64,000 nt of DNA from Schmidtea polychroa. Lineage: Eukaryota. Below the pieces are notes generated by a model. It did not search any database, was not told where the DNA came from, and worked only from the letters and a program-made list of their open reading frames with translations. The stretch lies in the NCBI GenBank assembly GCA_044892525.1, contig CM097885.1, positions 22,940,001 to 23,004,000 of the forward strand, in the 5' to 3' direction. Below are positions 1-13,500 of the stretch, one piece after another; within the stretch, counting starts at the first letter, position 1, and each line of letters begins with the position of its first letter. The position numbers and the translations under genes were made by a program.

Positions 1-1380
1 CTATTGAATTAGGTTCTCTCAATGTATGCTAAAGACAATATTCCTTAAAATCATGAATATTCTCTTATACTTTTTTCATTTCTTTTGAATTTATTTAGTA
101 AATCACTTAAAAAGGCAGTGCCGAAAATTGATTATGAAAAAACCATCGATATCTTTGTTGGGTTTTATTAGTTTGAGTCGGTACTCTCTGATTCAACGTC
201 TCCCTTTAACGAAACAACAAACAACCGAAATATCTCTCTCAACACAAAATAATCAATGACCAAAGTTTTATGAGTTTGACTGATCTTCCGCTCGGTGTTG
301 ATGCTTTGTCAAAATCTTTATTAATATTCACCTCGTCATTATTGATCCTTCCAATGAGTTTCACTTCGGTTTGTATGACTTTTGCCTATTCTCAGGTTTC
401 TTCTTAAAATCCCTCCCTAGAACGAAAATGCCGGTTTGTTCTGATTTCCCCATGCCGAGCCAATCTCTCTCCTGGCATTCAGCTCCACATTAATCACAGT
501 GACAAGATAATGAGCCTCAAAACTTATCTTTGTATACCCAACTCGGGATTTCTTTCTACTTCCTAATTAATTAATTAATCTATTTCTTTTTCTTGTTATT
601 TTAACTATTATGTACCTTTTCGCACTCTTCCTGGCACTTTCTGAAAATTCCGTTATCACAATGTTATTCTTCACTTTTTGTTCCACCTATGATCAATTTT
701 CCAGATTTCAATTCGATATTTGAATCCTTTATCGGTTTTTCACAATTCACATTTTTGTGCTTTTCACCTCTAACGATACACTTTCTCACACCTTTGTTCT
801 GGTTTTATTTATTTATCCTATCTATTCTATCTCTGATCGAATCTTTATTTTTATTAATTTATTTGATTATTTTATTACATCAACATCTTTAGTTGATTCA
901 TAGTAAATACAAAGTCAATTGAAAAGAAATCAGTGGTGAAAATTGAAAAAAAGTTCTTATAATATATACATAGCCGATAAAACAGTTATAATGTCAAATT
1001 ATAGAGAATTCCACTTGAATAATACAGATTTGGTCCTCAGTGGGGATATATTGCCGGGATTCCCAACAAAGTAGAAATAGAAAACCCTTTCACTAACGGA
1101 TAACTAACCTAATGTGACGAGTAAATTTGTCCGATTTATCATAAACTAATACTAATGTTTGTTTTATTTAATTTTAATTATAAATTTGTCAAATATTTGT
1201 GAAAATAAATTTATATTTGCTTGATTAATGAATGTAAAAATGAAATACTTCGAACTTGTTGTATACATTTTCTGTATACAGCCGAAAACTAGAATAAAAA
1301 ACAATTTCAGCATGAATATTATTTTAATGATTTAATTGTATAATCCGAGTTTTTGATAACCGAGTTCCGGTAAAATTCAG

Positions 1381-1657
1381 GTTATTCGATTAGAGGGGCA
1401 AGTTAAACGTCATAAATCAATTGCAGAAAGTTGTGAGAAGCAAGAAGAAGAATTAAAACAAGCGAAAAGAAAATACCAGAGAGAAGTTCGTTTTTGATGG
1501 AATTATTTTTCAAATATATTTATAAAAATCAAATTTTTTAATCTCACAGTTTCGAGAAGCTCAAAATAAAATCGAAGATCTTAAATCGGAAAACGCAACT
1601 TTACAGAAAAAACTCGAGAAAAATGCGAAGCAGAAATCAAAAAAAGAAACGAATTGA
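1381..1657 (+). CDS. LRRFIP2: LRRFIP1/2-family coiled-coil protein, last two coding exons (1381-1485, 1550-1657); upstream exons not identified
   Basis: Spliced translation VIRLEGQVKRHKSIAESCEKQEEELKQAKRKYQRE|FREAQNKIEDLKSENATLQKKLEK...* matches the LRRFIP C-terminal coiled coil (VIRLEGQV..YK..AE..EK.E.ELK.EKRKLQRE). GT-AG intron at 1486-1549, phase 0. Confidence 0.8.
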
Positions 1658-2239
1658 AATTAGAATTATTTTGCGAAATTTAATTTTAATTATTAGAAAT
1701 TTTGATTCTTCATATTTTAATATGAAATATTTTGTAGTACAATTTTATAATAAATTAGACCAATGCCACAGCTCAATATGTAATATAATAATTGTGTAGA
1801 ATTATTTCCAGCCGATAATAGTTTTGATAAATCCTTTTCCTAATATTCGATAATCATCGATATATCTAACAAACCAAAAAGATAAATGTAAATATATTTT
1901 TTGTTATTTAAATTTTGATTTGGTTCTAATATTGATTTTTTGTTTGTTTATCGTTAAAAAATAAAAGATTCACTATTTTTAACACGAATTTAATTTCTAA
2001 GGATTTTTGGAATTTTTATGTGCATTAATCAATAATAACAATTATCTAATATGATTGTGTGTGCGTGTGTGTTTGTGTGTGACTGGCACAGTATTGATTT
2101 GCTGTTGTATATTGATTTATATTTTATCTGTCGAGCGCTTCAATAACAGTTCAAGATTTGTTTTTGTAATAAATTCATCGTATATATTGATCTAAAAGTG
2201 CTGATATAAAATCTCGTTCACACATACACACACACACAG

Positions 2240-3060
2240 AATATTATTACTTATGCTGCACAATATCTGACAAATGTTACAAACGGCACTTTTGGTAGAC
2301 CTGCTAATATTGATAACATGCGAGTAGTTTAATAATAATAGCGGAACATCGTATCTATGCTTTTGGCGAGGAATTATTATGTTTATATTTAATCTATTAT
2401 TTGTCCCAGTAAAAGTCCAGCATGTAAAGTACGGATATCTTTATTATAGTATCACACACGCGATTAATTGGTGGTTAAAATACCCGGTAAATGTTCCCAA
2501 TAGCAGTTTTGGCACTGGTATATTTTTGAAATTAACGATTGGTGATACCATATGATTGTGGCTCAAATTTGCTAAAGATGTCATTAAGGACGTCCTCTAA
2601 GAATAGTTGAAGAGAATATCCACAAATGGGACGGTTGTGAGGAGGCCAAGTACATGTGACATCGCAAGCAACACTTTCATTAAAATTTCAGCCTAGTATT
2701 TAACATGTCATTTGCAAGAAAATCCAATTACCTGTTATGTCATATAGAGATTCATGTAATAACCAGCACCCATTTTCTTTTAATTGAGCGCGGCATCCCT
2801 TTTATTTAAATGATACTATTTCAAAATCAGGTAAGATTTTGCTCCAACAGTAAAAATTTTACATTTAATATTTTGCAGTTCTAAAGTATAATGTGCTACA
2901 ATTACATTCCATCTAAGGATTTTGAATACAATAATCTGTAGCAGCACTCAATAACACACATGTATGAACCTTTTAGCCCACAGTGATACTTACTATATTA
3001 TCATACTGATCTACTTCTTGAACCTGGTAGCACTGTAATATTCATCTCACTTGACAGCAT
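2240..3060 (+). pseudogene. Possible degraded C1q/TNF-like domain sequence(s)
   Basis: Peptides RGIIMFIFNL and NSSFGTGIFLKLTIGDTI*LWL, and a second TDLLLEPGSTVIF, resemble gC1q strands (PG.Y.F.F; S...L.L..GD.VW). The frame has stops and frameshifts. Confidence 0.3.
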
Positions 3061-3657
3061 TAGTTAGTGCAAGACTGTTAACTCGGAATAAAAACATAAT
3101 ATTGATTAAATTTCACCATAATTTATTTTTGTTAGAAGATGGACAAGTTTTAAAAGTCATAAAATTAAAATACTATGTAATTGGATACAATAGGTACAGA
3201 ATAAATATAAATGTGGAACAATAACACTGATAACAATCTCTACAATTGATAATTGGATTTTGATAACTGATTTACATTATATTTTAATCTGTTATTTTAG
3301 TATTATATTTAATTATTTTTATCATATTTGGCTTCTTGATAGCATCATAAATTGAATACCACTCCCTCAACATATAAATATCGACTGCTTAAAGAAATTT
3401 ATTAATTTTTTCCAATAAAGATATTTATTATTATACCAAAAGAATCAATGAAAAATTAACTGATTACACAAAATGTGTCTTTAAAAAAGAAAATAGACAA
3501 ACAAATAGAAAGTAGAACATGACACCAAAACAGCTGGTTAATGAAGTTGATAAAATACAACTAATTTGAACAATATGAAATAAAACACGAATTTATTGAT
3601 TATCAACAAATAATAATAATGATTATATAAATATAAATATATTATTATTTTGATTCC

Positions 3658-3917
3658 CGGTAAGTTTATCGAAAACGAGTTTATCGAAAAATAATTTTTT
3701 AAATATTTAAATTATTATCACTAATTTTTTGCAACAAATGCTATTATAAACACATTTTAAGTTTCTGCATATAAAGAAAAAATTTAAAAATTTTTAATTC
3801 CTTAAAAATAATATTTTTCGACAAACTCGTTTTCGATAAACTCGCTTTCGATAAACTCGTTTTCGATAAACTCGTTTTCGATAAACTAATTTTCGGTAAA
3901 CTCGTCGGCTATTACCG
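3658..3917. mobile_element. MITE-like element with 15-bp subterminal tandem repeats
   Basis: Ends CGGTAA...TTACCG. The unit GAGTTTATCGAAAAC occurs about twice at the left and about 5 times inverted (AAACTCGTTTTCGAT) at the right. No clear TSD. Confidence 0.5.
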
Positions 3918-3924
3918 ACGACAC

Positions 3925-4293
3925 TTAATAACGGAAACTTATTTGTTTTCCTTTCAATTTGTGCGGGACATATTTGTTTAGTTTTTTCGTTTTTCTAATT
4001 GCTTTGAGATGTTTCAGAACTGTTGGAAGTGTTACAGCCAATTTTTTAGCAAGCTCTCTGGATCGGCTTCAACTAATGCCTTTAATTTGTCATTGTAAAG
4101 GACTCATGGTTAATTACAATGCACTTCATCTTCAAGATTCTCCTTTCCATTTCTAAATCATGTGAATGGTACGTTCGTTATCTGTATTCGATTCAAACGT
4201 TTCATTCATATTGCGACCTTTATCTGATGCTTTCAGACCTCAGTTATATTCATAAAGGTAAATTTCTAGGATTTCGTTCCTTTCATCATTCAT
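3925..4293 (-). pseudogene. Degenerate mariner (Hsmar/SETMAR-type) transposase N-terminus
   Basis: Minus strand reads EIYLYEYN*GLKAS...RNMNETF...NERT...LYNDKLKALVEADP...LKHLKAIRKTKKLNKYVPHKL. This is the mariner paired HTH region plus a WVPHEL-like motif, with stops and frameshifts. Confidence 0.75.
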
Positions 4294-6393
4294 AATTTCC
4301 TTAAATAATATAAACATTACCAATATAAACATATGACTAATAAATTAACATTAAAAATGTATGACCTAAGATAAAAGCGTTCGTGCTTTATTAATAGTTG
4401 CTTTTTTTATATTATCATGATTATTGATTATTCATAATTGCTCTTATCTATTTTTATTATCTATCATGTAACATACAAATCTAAAAATGGAAAGTGGAAT
4501 AGCCTGGCTTCTTTTCATCTAAATCCGGTCCTGATTTTTACCAAACAGGTTATTGTTTTTCTGGTCAATAGTTTGACTTTCTACTTATATTAGAAATATT
4601 TATATTAAATTATATTAATAGGATTAATAATAAATTTCTATTAAATAATTAATTGCTATAAATATATTACTATAGATTACTATTGTTGGGCTAGGAAAAA
4701 TCTTTTTAGTTTTTTTGTTTTAATTTTCTTGTTGAGATAAGTTTTGTTTTAAATAATAAAACTGATAGGGGATGAAAAGTTCCGTTTTTTTCAGTCTCAT
4801 GGTTTTGTTGGGTTTAGGGGTGTCTCATTTTAAATGTGTTAGGAGTATTGATGAATTTTGAATCGACTCCTTCCAAAACGCCTGCATAATTATTGTACTT
4901 TATACCACCTGCGTACCCAGGGTCACAACCATGTTGGTGTTGTACACAATGGTTGAAAATCAATGAGCAGGTGAGCTTTACTGCCAAAACTACTCCTCAT
5001 TGTATTTTCATTTTCGGGTTCTGGACGTCATTGTTCATTATTCTGTTGTTAGATTATTGTTACATATTCATTTAATTGAGATCCTTATTTCTGGATGTTT
5101 TCCTTTATTTTATTTTATTTATTTTTTAAATAAATTTTTCCTGTTCCTTTTCTTAAAGTATGCACTCATTGACACAGCTTCTTCGTGTGTAAATATGAGC
5201 CATAACATCCCTAATTAATTCGATAATGGTCCTTCTTATGTAAATACGACCAATAATCCTTATTAAAATTTCTTTTAATATTCTTTTAATATTATTTATT
5301 ATTTTATTATCAATTAATTTACATATTATTCTTTTATTATTCTAGTTGAGAGCTTTTTAAATGAGTTATTTTTCTCTTAGCTGTGTTGGCGATTGCAACC
5401 TCTTGCGTTCCTTTATTTTATTATACATGTTTTATTTATTCTCAACTTTATACTTTATTTTGTATTACTTGGTGTATGATCATAGATTTTAATTCAACTT
5501 GGTGCGGTTTTTATGCTTTTCCGATCCATAAAAACAAACTCTCAATTCTCGGTTCTATCCCAACAGTTTCAATATAATCCGATAAAAAAATGTCTCGGAA
5601 ATTTCATAAAAAATCATAATTAAATTTGAAAATATTTAGATCATTTAATATAAAATCTAATACCAATTACTCCAATCATCTTTAATACTGTTAAATCGGT
5701 AATTCAATTGTTTGTAAAAATATATGTTCTCTTCACAAAATAACTTAACTTTCAACTTTCTACGTAATATTTTTTTTGATTTTCTGAATGAAAGTTACTT
5801 TTAAGCACTTGCGTCAACATAATTTTAAAATTTCTCAACCTTCATTCTAATGGATTGAAAATGAGCCAAAGAAAAAACATATTAAACCTAAATACGGCGA
5901 GGACAGAATTTCAAATAATATTAAATTTCAATTTTAATTGTAAAATTTGATGTACAGAAAACACATTAAAAAAACTATGGAAAGAAATTAAATTTAACTT
6001 TCTAAAAATGTAAAAAAGTAAAGTTATATCATATTTGTATGACAGTTTTTTGTTATTTAGAATAACTAAAACTAAACGTGTTTCAAAATAATAATTTTTG
6101 GCTTTTCAATAATTCATATATTCTTTTACATTATACAGATATTAGAAGAAATATTTATTTAATTTTAACATATGGAGTTTTCAGAAATCTGATTATTGAT
6201 GTATTTTTTTTAAAAAATAAAATATAATTTTTTAAAGTACCACATTAATATGAAATAGTCTTATAAATAATAATTTAGAAATGAATTTTTAATCATAATT
6301 TTGTAAAACGAAATAAATATTTCAAGTTATGTTATTGTTTTAATATTGCTTTAAAAATATTTGACGTTTACTGTGTGATCAACATTTTACATT

Positions 6394-6829
6394 ATGTTAG
6401 AATTTTTTAAAATTTTTGCTTTTTAATAATATTTTTATTAGGTCTAAAGTATCTTTTAAAATAACTTTAACGTCCGATCCAAATTTGCCGTTTAAAGTGT
6501 AAGATTTATTTTTTAAATTTTATTATTCTGAAATTATTAGACTCAAAGTTCCAGAACAAGCCCCATTTACAGCAGTATTAAAATATGTCGCTGAAGAAGT
6601 CTGATAATATTTATTATAGTTTGTTAATTTATTAACATTAGTTCAAAGTTCCACCTGCTACAAGTGCTATCATTACTAATGACGGAATAGGATTAAATCC
6701 TCAACAAACGGCTGGTAGTTCAATTTTTTATTATATTAATATTAGCAATCTTTAGGTGAAGTTTTTCTGAAGTATGGAAGTGAATTAAGGTTGATACCAA
6801 GAGACAGAGTTGGATATTCATTATTTTAA
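6394..6829 (+). CDS. UFM1: Ubiquitin-fold modifier 1; exons 6394-6395, 6442-6498, 6541-6598, 6642-6714, 6756-6829
   Basis: Spliced protein [87 protein letters not shown]. Four GT-AG introns of 41-46 bp. The AT|G start split by an intron is inferred. Confidence 0.96.
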
Positions 6830-9800
6830 AAGTGACATTTTGAGTTAATTGCAACGCTTATTTTACATGAATTTAATATTCTGTGTTTTTTTTTGTTTTT
6901 GAAATCAGATTAACTTATGACGTTATAAAGTTTGAAAGTATTTCGCTTTTAAAATAAGTTAGAATTTAAAAATTTACTATTTATAAATTTGTTGAAAAAT
7001 CATTTTGGTTTATTTGTAAGATTTAATTTATGTTAATTATCAATTTTAATGAAATATAATTTTTTGAAAGGATGTTTTTATAAGAATGCCTAAATGCAGG
7101 ACGATAAAACAAAATGTATTTAATAACATTGCAAATCCTTCTTTATTTACTGATAATAAAATTTGAAAGTTTTTTTGGGAAAATTTGGATTTATTGCTAG
7201 TCTTCATTCCATATGGCTCTTCCAATAGGGCCGTGAAATATTCCAATAATTATATTGAAATGAATTAACATTAAAGTTAGCTTTCTGACTGACTGACACC
7301 CATATAAGGGACTCTTATGTTCATATTACTTATCCCTTTTTCAAAGCTGACATTCCTTAGTTACTTGTGTAAATTTTTCGTTTCTATTGGTTCCTTTTCA
7401 CGGAAAATTTTTTTATCAATAAGCCATAACAATTTCTAAGCTACCAACTGTATAACCGCATGGATGAGACGCGTTTATAATGTATACAGTGGCGGAATGC
7501 ATAGGTAGAGGTGAGTTGGCTTAATTCCACAGCAACCTAATGTGCCTTATGTGCACGATCTTATGTGATTACTTTGTTTCGCGCTTTCTCCAATCTAAAG
7601 ATTTTCTGGTGGAGCTCGTGGGCCTTATCTGGAGCCAACCATGAGGTTAACCTCCGTTTTGGAATTTCTAGCATTCATGTACAATTTGTATAAATGTTTA
7701 TTTAACCTCTTTTTTCTAGAAAATATGTTGATTAAAAATCTATCACGATTAAAGTATGACAGAAAGAATAATCCTCATGCTTAGCCATTCTATGTATATT
7801 TCTCTGAAGAAACTAAAAATCTGACTAAAAAGCATTCAAGAAAATGTAAAAATTAAGTAAGTTGCTAACGTTTGTAAAAATGACGCACTACATTGTTTGA
7901 ATGTGTCACACAAGCTTAATGTAATTTCTAGTTTCAAAGACTGCCGTCAAGTAAAAATCAAGTTAATAGATTTTACCATATTATTGAAAAATATCATTTG
8001 CAAATTTAAACTATTTCACATACTGAAATATTAAATAAGTAATACCACGGAAAATTGTCTGAAGTATGAAATAATTCCGAATCTATTTATGGCAATGTTG
8101 GATTTGAGAGAAACCTTAGTTTTCAACATCTAGTATTATTTTCCATATAATTAACGAAATTTAGCATTGCTTTTCTCTCTTTTCAAAAATAAAATTTTTG
8201 ACATTCATTCAGATATATAGAATTGAATGACGTGTTGGATAAAGGAGATATTTAAATATTTGTTTAAGTGAGCTCTTCATCGAAAAGTAAGTAATAAAAT
8301 ACTACAGAAATGAAAAAAAACATGTGGACTAGTGTTCTCATCGAAATCGAAACATTATCATCAACAAATCACTAGTATTGGGTATTCCTAGAATTGAATT
8401 GGAAACTTTCAAACTGACCTATTCTGATGAAAGCTTATAAACGATACTGCGCCGCGCCAATAGAAAAGCCAATGAAATAGAAAAAACATTTGTATAAAAA
8501 TTATGATTATGACAAATTTTCTGTTGCTATTGGGCTAATTTGTCACACAGGGTTGGATCGTATCAGCTTTATGTCATCCTACTAATTCGATGCTATTTTA
8601 CAGGGAAATCATATCTTTGAACAAATTCAGTTTTTTCCTGAGGTCACTATAATTTGATTACTTCAAAACGCAATAAATATAACAATTCTGGGCATACCTG
8701 AGCATTAATTTCAAATTAAAATATTGGAAAAAGTTGAGTATATAGACTGGATGACTGCATCGAAGAATACCAATGAAGTAAAATCAATCGATGACGACTT
8801 TTTACCAATTCTAATGTTTAGGATGTTTCCATGTAAAACGCATTTATTGTCATAAAAAAATAATGCTACGTGTATGAAAGAGACATATTTATTCGAAATC
8901 TAGCCAATATCAGATGGGCTCTTGGTTAAATCTTACCGAAGAATTAGGAAGTAGAATTAATATAATACATAAAGCATTATCAAATTATAAAACTTAAGTT
9001 ATATAAGGCAACGACTTTGATTAAATGTTTTATAATAGAAATTGTATAGTGAAAAACGAAAGTCATTCGCATTTGGGTGAATTTAAATGCAGATAATACT
9101 ATGAAAAATAATTTGAGGCACAAGAAAGATATATATATAGTTTGTACATGTAGATCGTTTCGGATTCAGTTTCGCTAATCGTTAATAGATATTTCATAGA
9201 ACCAAAATCCAAAATTATAATTAACAAATTCACCATTTTCAAAATGTGATGGTCTTGAAACAAATGATTTTCCATCGAACCCATCGGTATCGACAAATCT
9301 TGGCAACAGCTCTCAACTACCTACATTTTTTGAATTTTGATAATTGCTAAGGGAAGTAGTCAAAATTGTATAGCAACAAGTTCATATACTGAAATCAACA
9401 AATCAGCCTTTTGTAAGTTATTCCTTCTATGGAACCCCCATTTGATTTTATTATAGTTTAACTCGTCCTATTATTCAGCAGCCGTCCATACCAGTTTCCT
9501 CCGGACAATATTCATTTTTGATTTTTTTAAAAATATTTTGTACTTTTTTATTGTGAATTCGGTGCTTTTATTGATTTTTCACCTCATTTTGTACCTCTCT
9601 TGTTGAAATCCAACAAGATTATATTTTCGATTCAAATACTCATATCAAGAACCATGAAAAATTGCTAAAAGATGAAATCCGAACTTTAAGTAACCGACAA
9701 GCCTGATATTATTCGGATAATTTTAAAATATACAATTTTAAAAAAACAGAATTATAAAATTTTAAGGATTAAAAAAACAATATTCCATGCCAAAAACACA

Positions 9801-10538
9801 ACTTTATACAACTATTGTGTCCAACGTAAAAACAATGGAAGAGAATTTTTTATCCTAAATCTTTAGATTATTTTTACCGAGCACAAAATATACGACTGTC
9901 AGATGGATTTGATTGGCAATACGCATTCGCCAGAAAACAAAAATTATTCGGAGTCGATCTTTTTTGACACTAAACTGCCATTAAAGAAGCTTCTTTACAT
10001 ATTTTTGGTCACTTTATGCTGGGCAGCATGACACACGAAGAAAAATTAAGGAATCAATTTGGATCAAGTGAACAACATTTTGAAGGCTATTTTAGTGTAA
10101 TTTCAATTTCATCGGAGATCAGAAAAGTTCATGATATTTAATTGGATTATTAGTTGCAATTAGCCGACTTTATTTTAATTTAAAAATAAATTTTACAATT
10201 GTATATACAAAGATATAACCGTTTTCTTAATATATAATCAATAACTATGCAGCCCGCTCTGAAATCAAACCACTGATAAAATTTTAGCTTCAAAAATCAT
10301 CAATATTCAAATAAATTAATTTCTTTAGTCAATAAAGTATTGATAATTTGTCGATAAAAATAATTTATTAATATTTTTTAAATACTATATCCTGAATGGT
10401 TAAAATGAGATTCTAACAGTAGCTCACTACTTTTGGACAAATACCCTAAAAATAGAGTGTATATTTTCAAATTATCAACACAATCAATATTATATAAAAT
10501 AAATAAATTATAAAATTTCGTAACTTCTCATGTTAAAA

Positions 10539-13500
10539 TCATTTAGAATCATTGCAAACCGGACAAATTAACAATGATTTTTCAGTTTCCTTCATACAGC
10601 ATTTATGGAAAAAATGAGAACATGGAAATGAAGTGAACTCATTTGTATAGTTAAAGAGTAACTTGGAACATATTATGCATTGGTTATCGTCTGTTAGATT
10701 AGAAACAATTGGCTTTGTAGCGTAAATATATCTATTGTTGATCATTTTAAAAATATCATTCCATTTGCCTGTTTGATGAGCATTAATTAGATTGACTCTT
10801 TTCTCATTGTTTATAAACAAGATCACCAAGGAGTCTTTTAATTTCGGTATTTCAGATCCCAATAGAACTGTTTGTATAAATGATTTCACATCTATATCCA
10901 TTCCAGAACTTTCTAAAATTGCTTTGATATAAGCCGGTTTCCCTATAGAACGAGACAATAAGTGTTTCCATAAATCCTCGTCAGCATTTTCCTGACAAAA
11001 ATCTATAGCTTCATAAACACTATTTTCTTGAGACATAATTCTTTCAAGTGCTTCCTTTGATTTACCAACTCGACCTACAAACGGCGGGAAAGTGTTATAA
11101 AATAAATTAAAATTATTGATCTTGAGCATCAAGAAATCGTATAGAGGAATTGAAAGAAATATTAACTATGTAGAATTTGAATTGCAAAACCTGTATTAAA
11201 GTGTTTAAGTCTATGAACCGATGAGGAATCACGGAAATCTAATATTAAAATTATCCACTGTATCGTGATATTTAATATTTTGGAACATATGCAAAAAAAG
11301 ACAGCAACATTTATTACTTAAAATCTAGTATGTTAGATATGTAATCGATGATTGAAAGGATTCATGACATTTGCACGCATTACTAGGGTGCTATGGCAAT
11401 ATGGAGCGGATAAAATGCGAGCGACGTAGTGCGAGGTTTGAGGGCAATTATAATTAAATTTTGAACGACTTAATAATTAAAAAAAAAATAATATTTAAAT
11501 AAAATGTTGAGGATATCTAAATAATAAATATTAAGAAAAATAAATAAAATTACCAGGGAAAATAGTCACGAGAAACGGGACGATCTATGGGAACGCAGAG
11601 AAGATAACGGAAGTAAAAAGAATCAAGAGATGAGAAAGATAAATCAAACAAAAGAAAGCAAACATGAAATAAAAACAAAGGTCATCATTAATTAAGAAGT
11701 ACAAAGCGGAAAGTGGAATTTTAAATTCCTAAAAACAAGACGGAAGAAACTTTATATTTACAGATATCGAAATTTTGGGAAAAGACGGTCTAACAGAAAA
11801 AGGGAAAAAGCAAGATCTGTCAGAAATAAGGTAGGGACAGTGGGAAATGCGGGAAGGAGAAAAATTGAAAAAGTTACCTCAAAGACAGCAATGTAAAAAA
11901 CTATAAAAGATACCGAGACCAGACAGAGTTAGAATAAAGTTGAAAGAGGTTAAAGTTGAATAAAGAGCATTCAGAATTAAGAAGAGATGTTTGATTGGGA
12001 GAATAACGAGAATCTTTGTAAACCTAATATAAAAGTGGAAAAGGATTAAATAATTGTGATCAAAGCAATAGAGTAACATATTCCTATGTTTTAATTGATC
12101 GACGATTAGTGATTTTTATTGTTATTGGCGACTTGCACACGGAGAGTTATTCTTTACGTAGTGATGTAATGAGTTCTGGATAATTGTCTATATTAGAGTT
12201 GATTGGCGTTAATTGCAACTTGTACAATCTATTGTGATTATTAATAAAGGTTATCTTGTTCGAATTTATAAATTTGTGAATTGATAAAACACGCTTGGAG
12301 TTAGAGACGTAATTGTTGAATTTATAACTCATCACCAATCCAATAAAACCCAAAAAATGTTTATAAGCAGTCTTATTATAATTTTAGTCCTTCAAATTGA
12401 TGCTGTGGTTGGATCCTATCAAAAAATCGGTTGATGCTCTTCTTCTGTTTCAGTCGATCAGTTGGTTGTTGTTATGCTCTTTCTGAATTTTCACTACTAA
12501 CCTCGGCACAGTTGGATGTGCAATTTGAACTATGCCATCCTTCTGCTGAGTTGTTAGTACGAGGAGTGTTGTCACGAATAGCTTGGTAGGAATCCCAGAT
12601 ATCGATGAAAAAAGAGCCCCAGCTCTTCATCGTCGACGTCTTCCAAGGAATGTGATAGTATTGAAATGTAAGAAAATAATTCGTTGCAAAACTGAACTTA
12701 GTTCATTGTTGGTGTTGATTTCGTAGAAAAAAAAGTTTATCAGCTTGATCGTTAAATTAAATAATATACTTAATGATAAAGTAATAATATTCAGCGACAG
12801 CTGACCGAGTATCTCCAAATTTCATAAAGATAGACTAGATAACATGCGATTTAGAAAGTTGAATTAAAAGTTTTTACACCAAATTGTCCGGTCACCCATT
12901 TCTGGAGATACTTTAACTGTCTTAGTTTCAAATAAATTCTAGAGATTCTTTGGATTACTTGTGTATAATTTTATTTTCAGGAGCGGTGATTGGTCAAATG
13001 ACCAAGCAGCTCAAATAACTAATCCTCTTCAAATCCATAGCATAGGAAATTAATTGGTCAAAAAATACCTTACTAGACAAGCATACCTATGAGAAGCTTC
13101 ACTATTGTTAATGATATGTTTCTTCAATTTTTAAAACACCAAGTGATGATGTCTTTCTTTATTCCTAACACAACAAACGCTACCATTTCTAAGAACTTTG
13201 CTCAAGGCACTTTCTGTCGGTATGTTTTTCAATTCAACTCTTCTAAATGGCCTCTAACAAAAGTTACTGATTCAACATTCACTAAAAACAAAATCTACAC
13301 TTTCGTTAATGGAGAACACATAATCACAATTTCAATTAACGCCATTATAATGCTAATTTAATAAAACAAAATTACATTCTATCAAAGAATACTACATTTT
13401 AGTTAATAATTGTTGCTGGGTGAAAATTTGCAGTCTTATTTTGAATATGTTTAATTACAGGGTTTTGCATTATTATAAAATCAATTTTGCATTATTATAA

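Noticed and set aside
240-800. Possible gag zinc knuckle (CIVRGEKHKNVNC) and protease-like (LIGRINNDEVNI..D..AS) remnants on the minus strand
   Set aside because: Key Cys and DTG residues are missing; too degenerate to call without a search.
11450-12130. Purine-rich stretch with K/E/R-rich partial frames; similar stretches at 4750-5580, 15700-16050 and 58130-58900
   Set aside because: Probably decayed retroelement DNA, but I could not identify a diagnostic motif.
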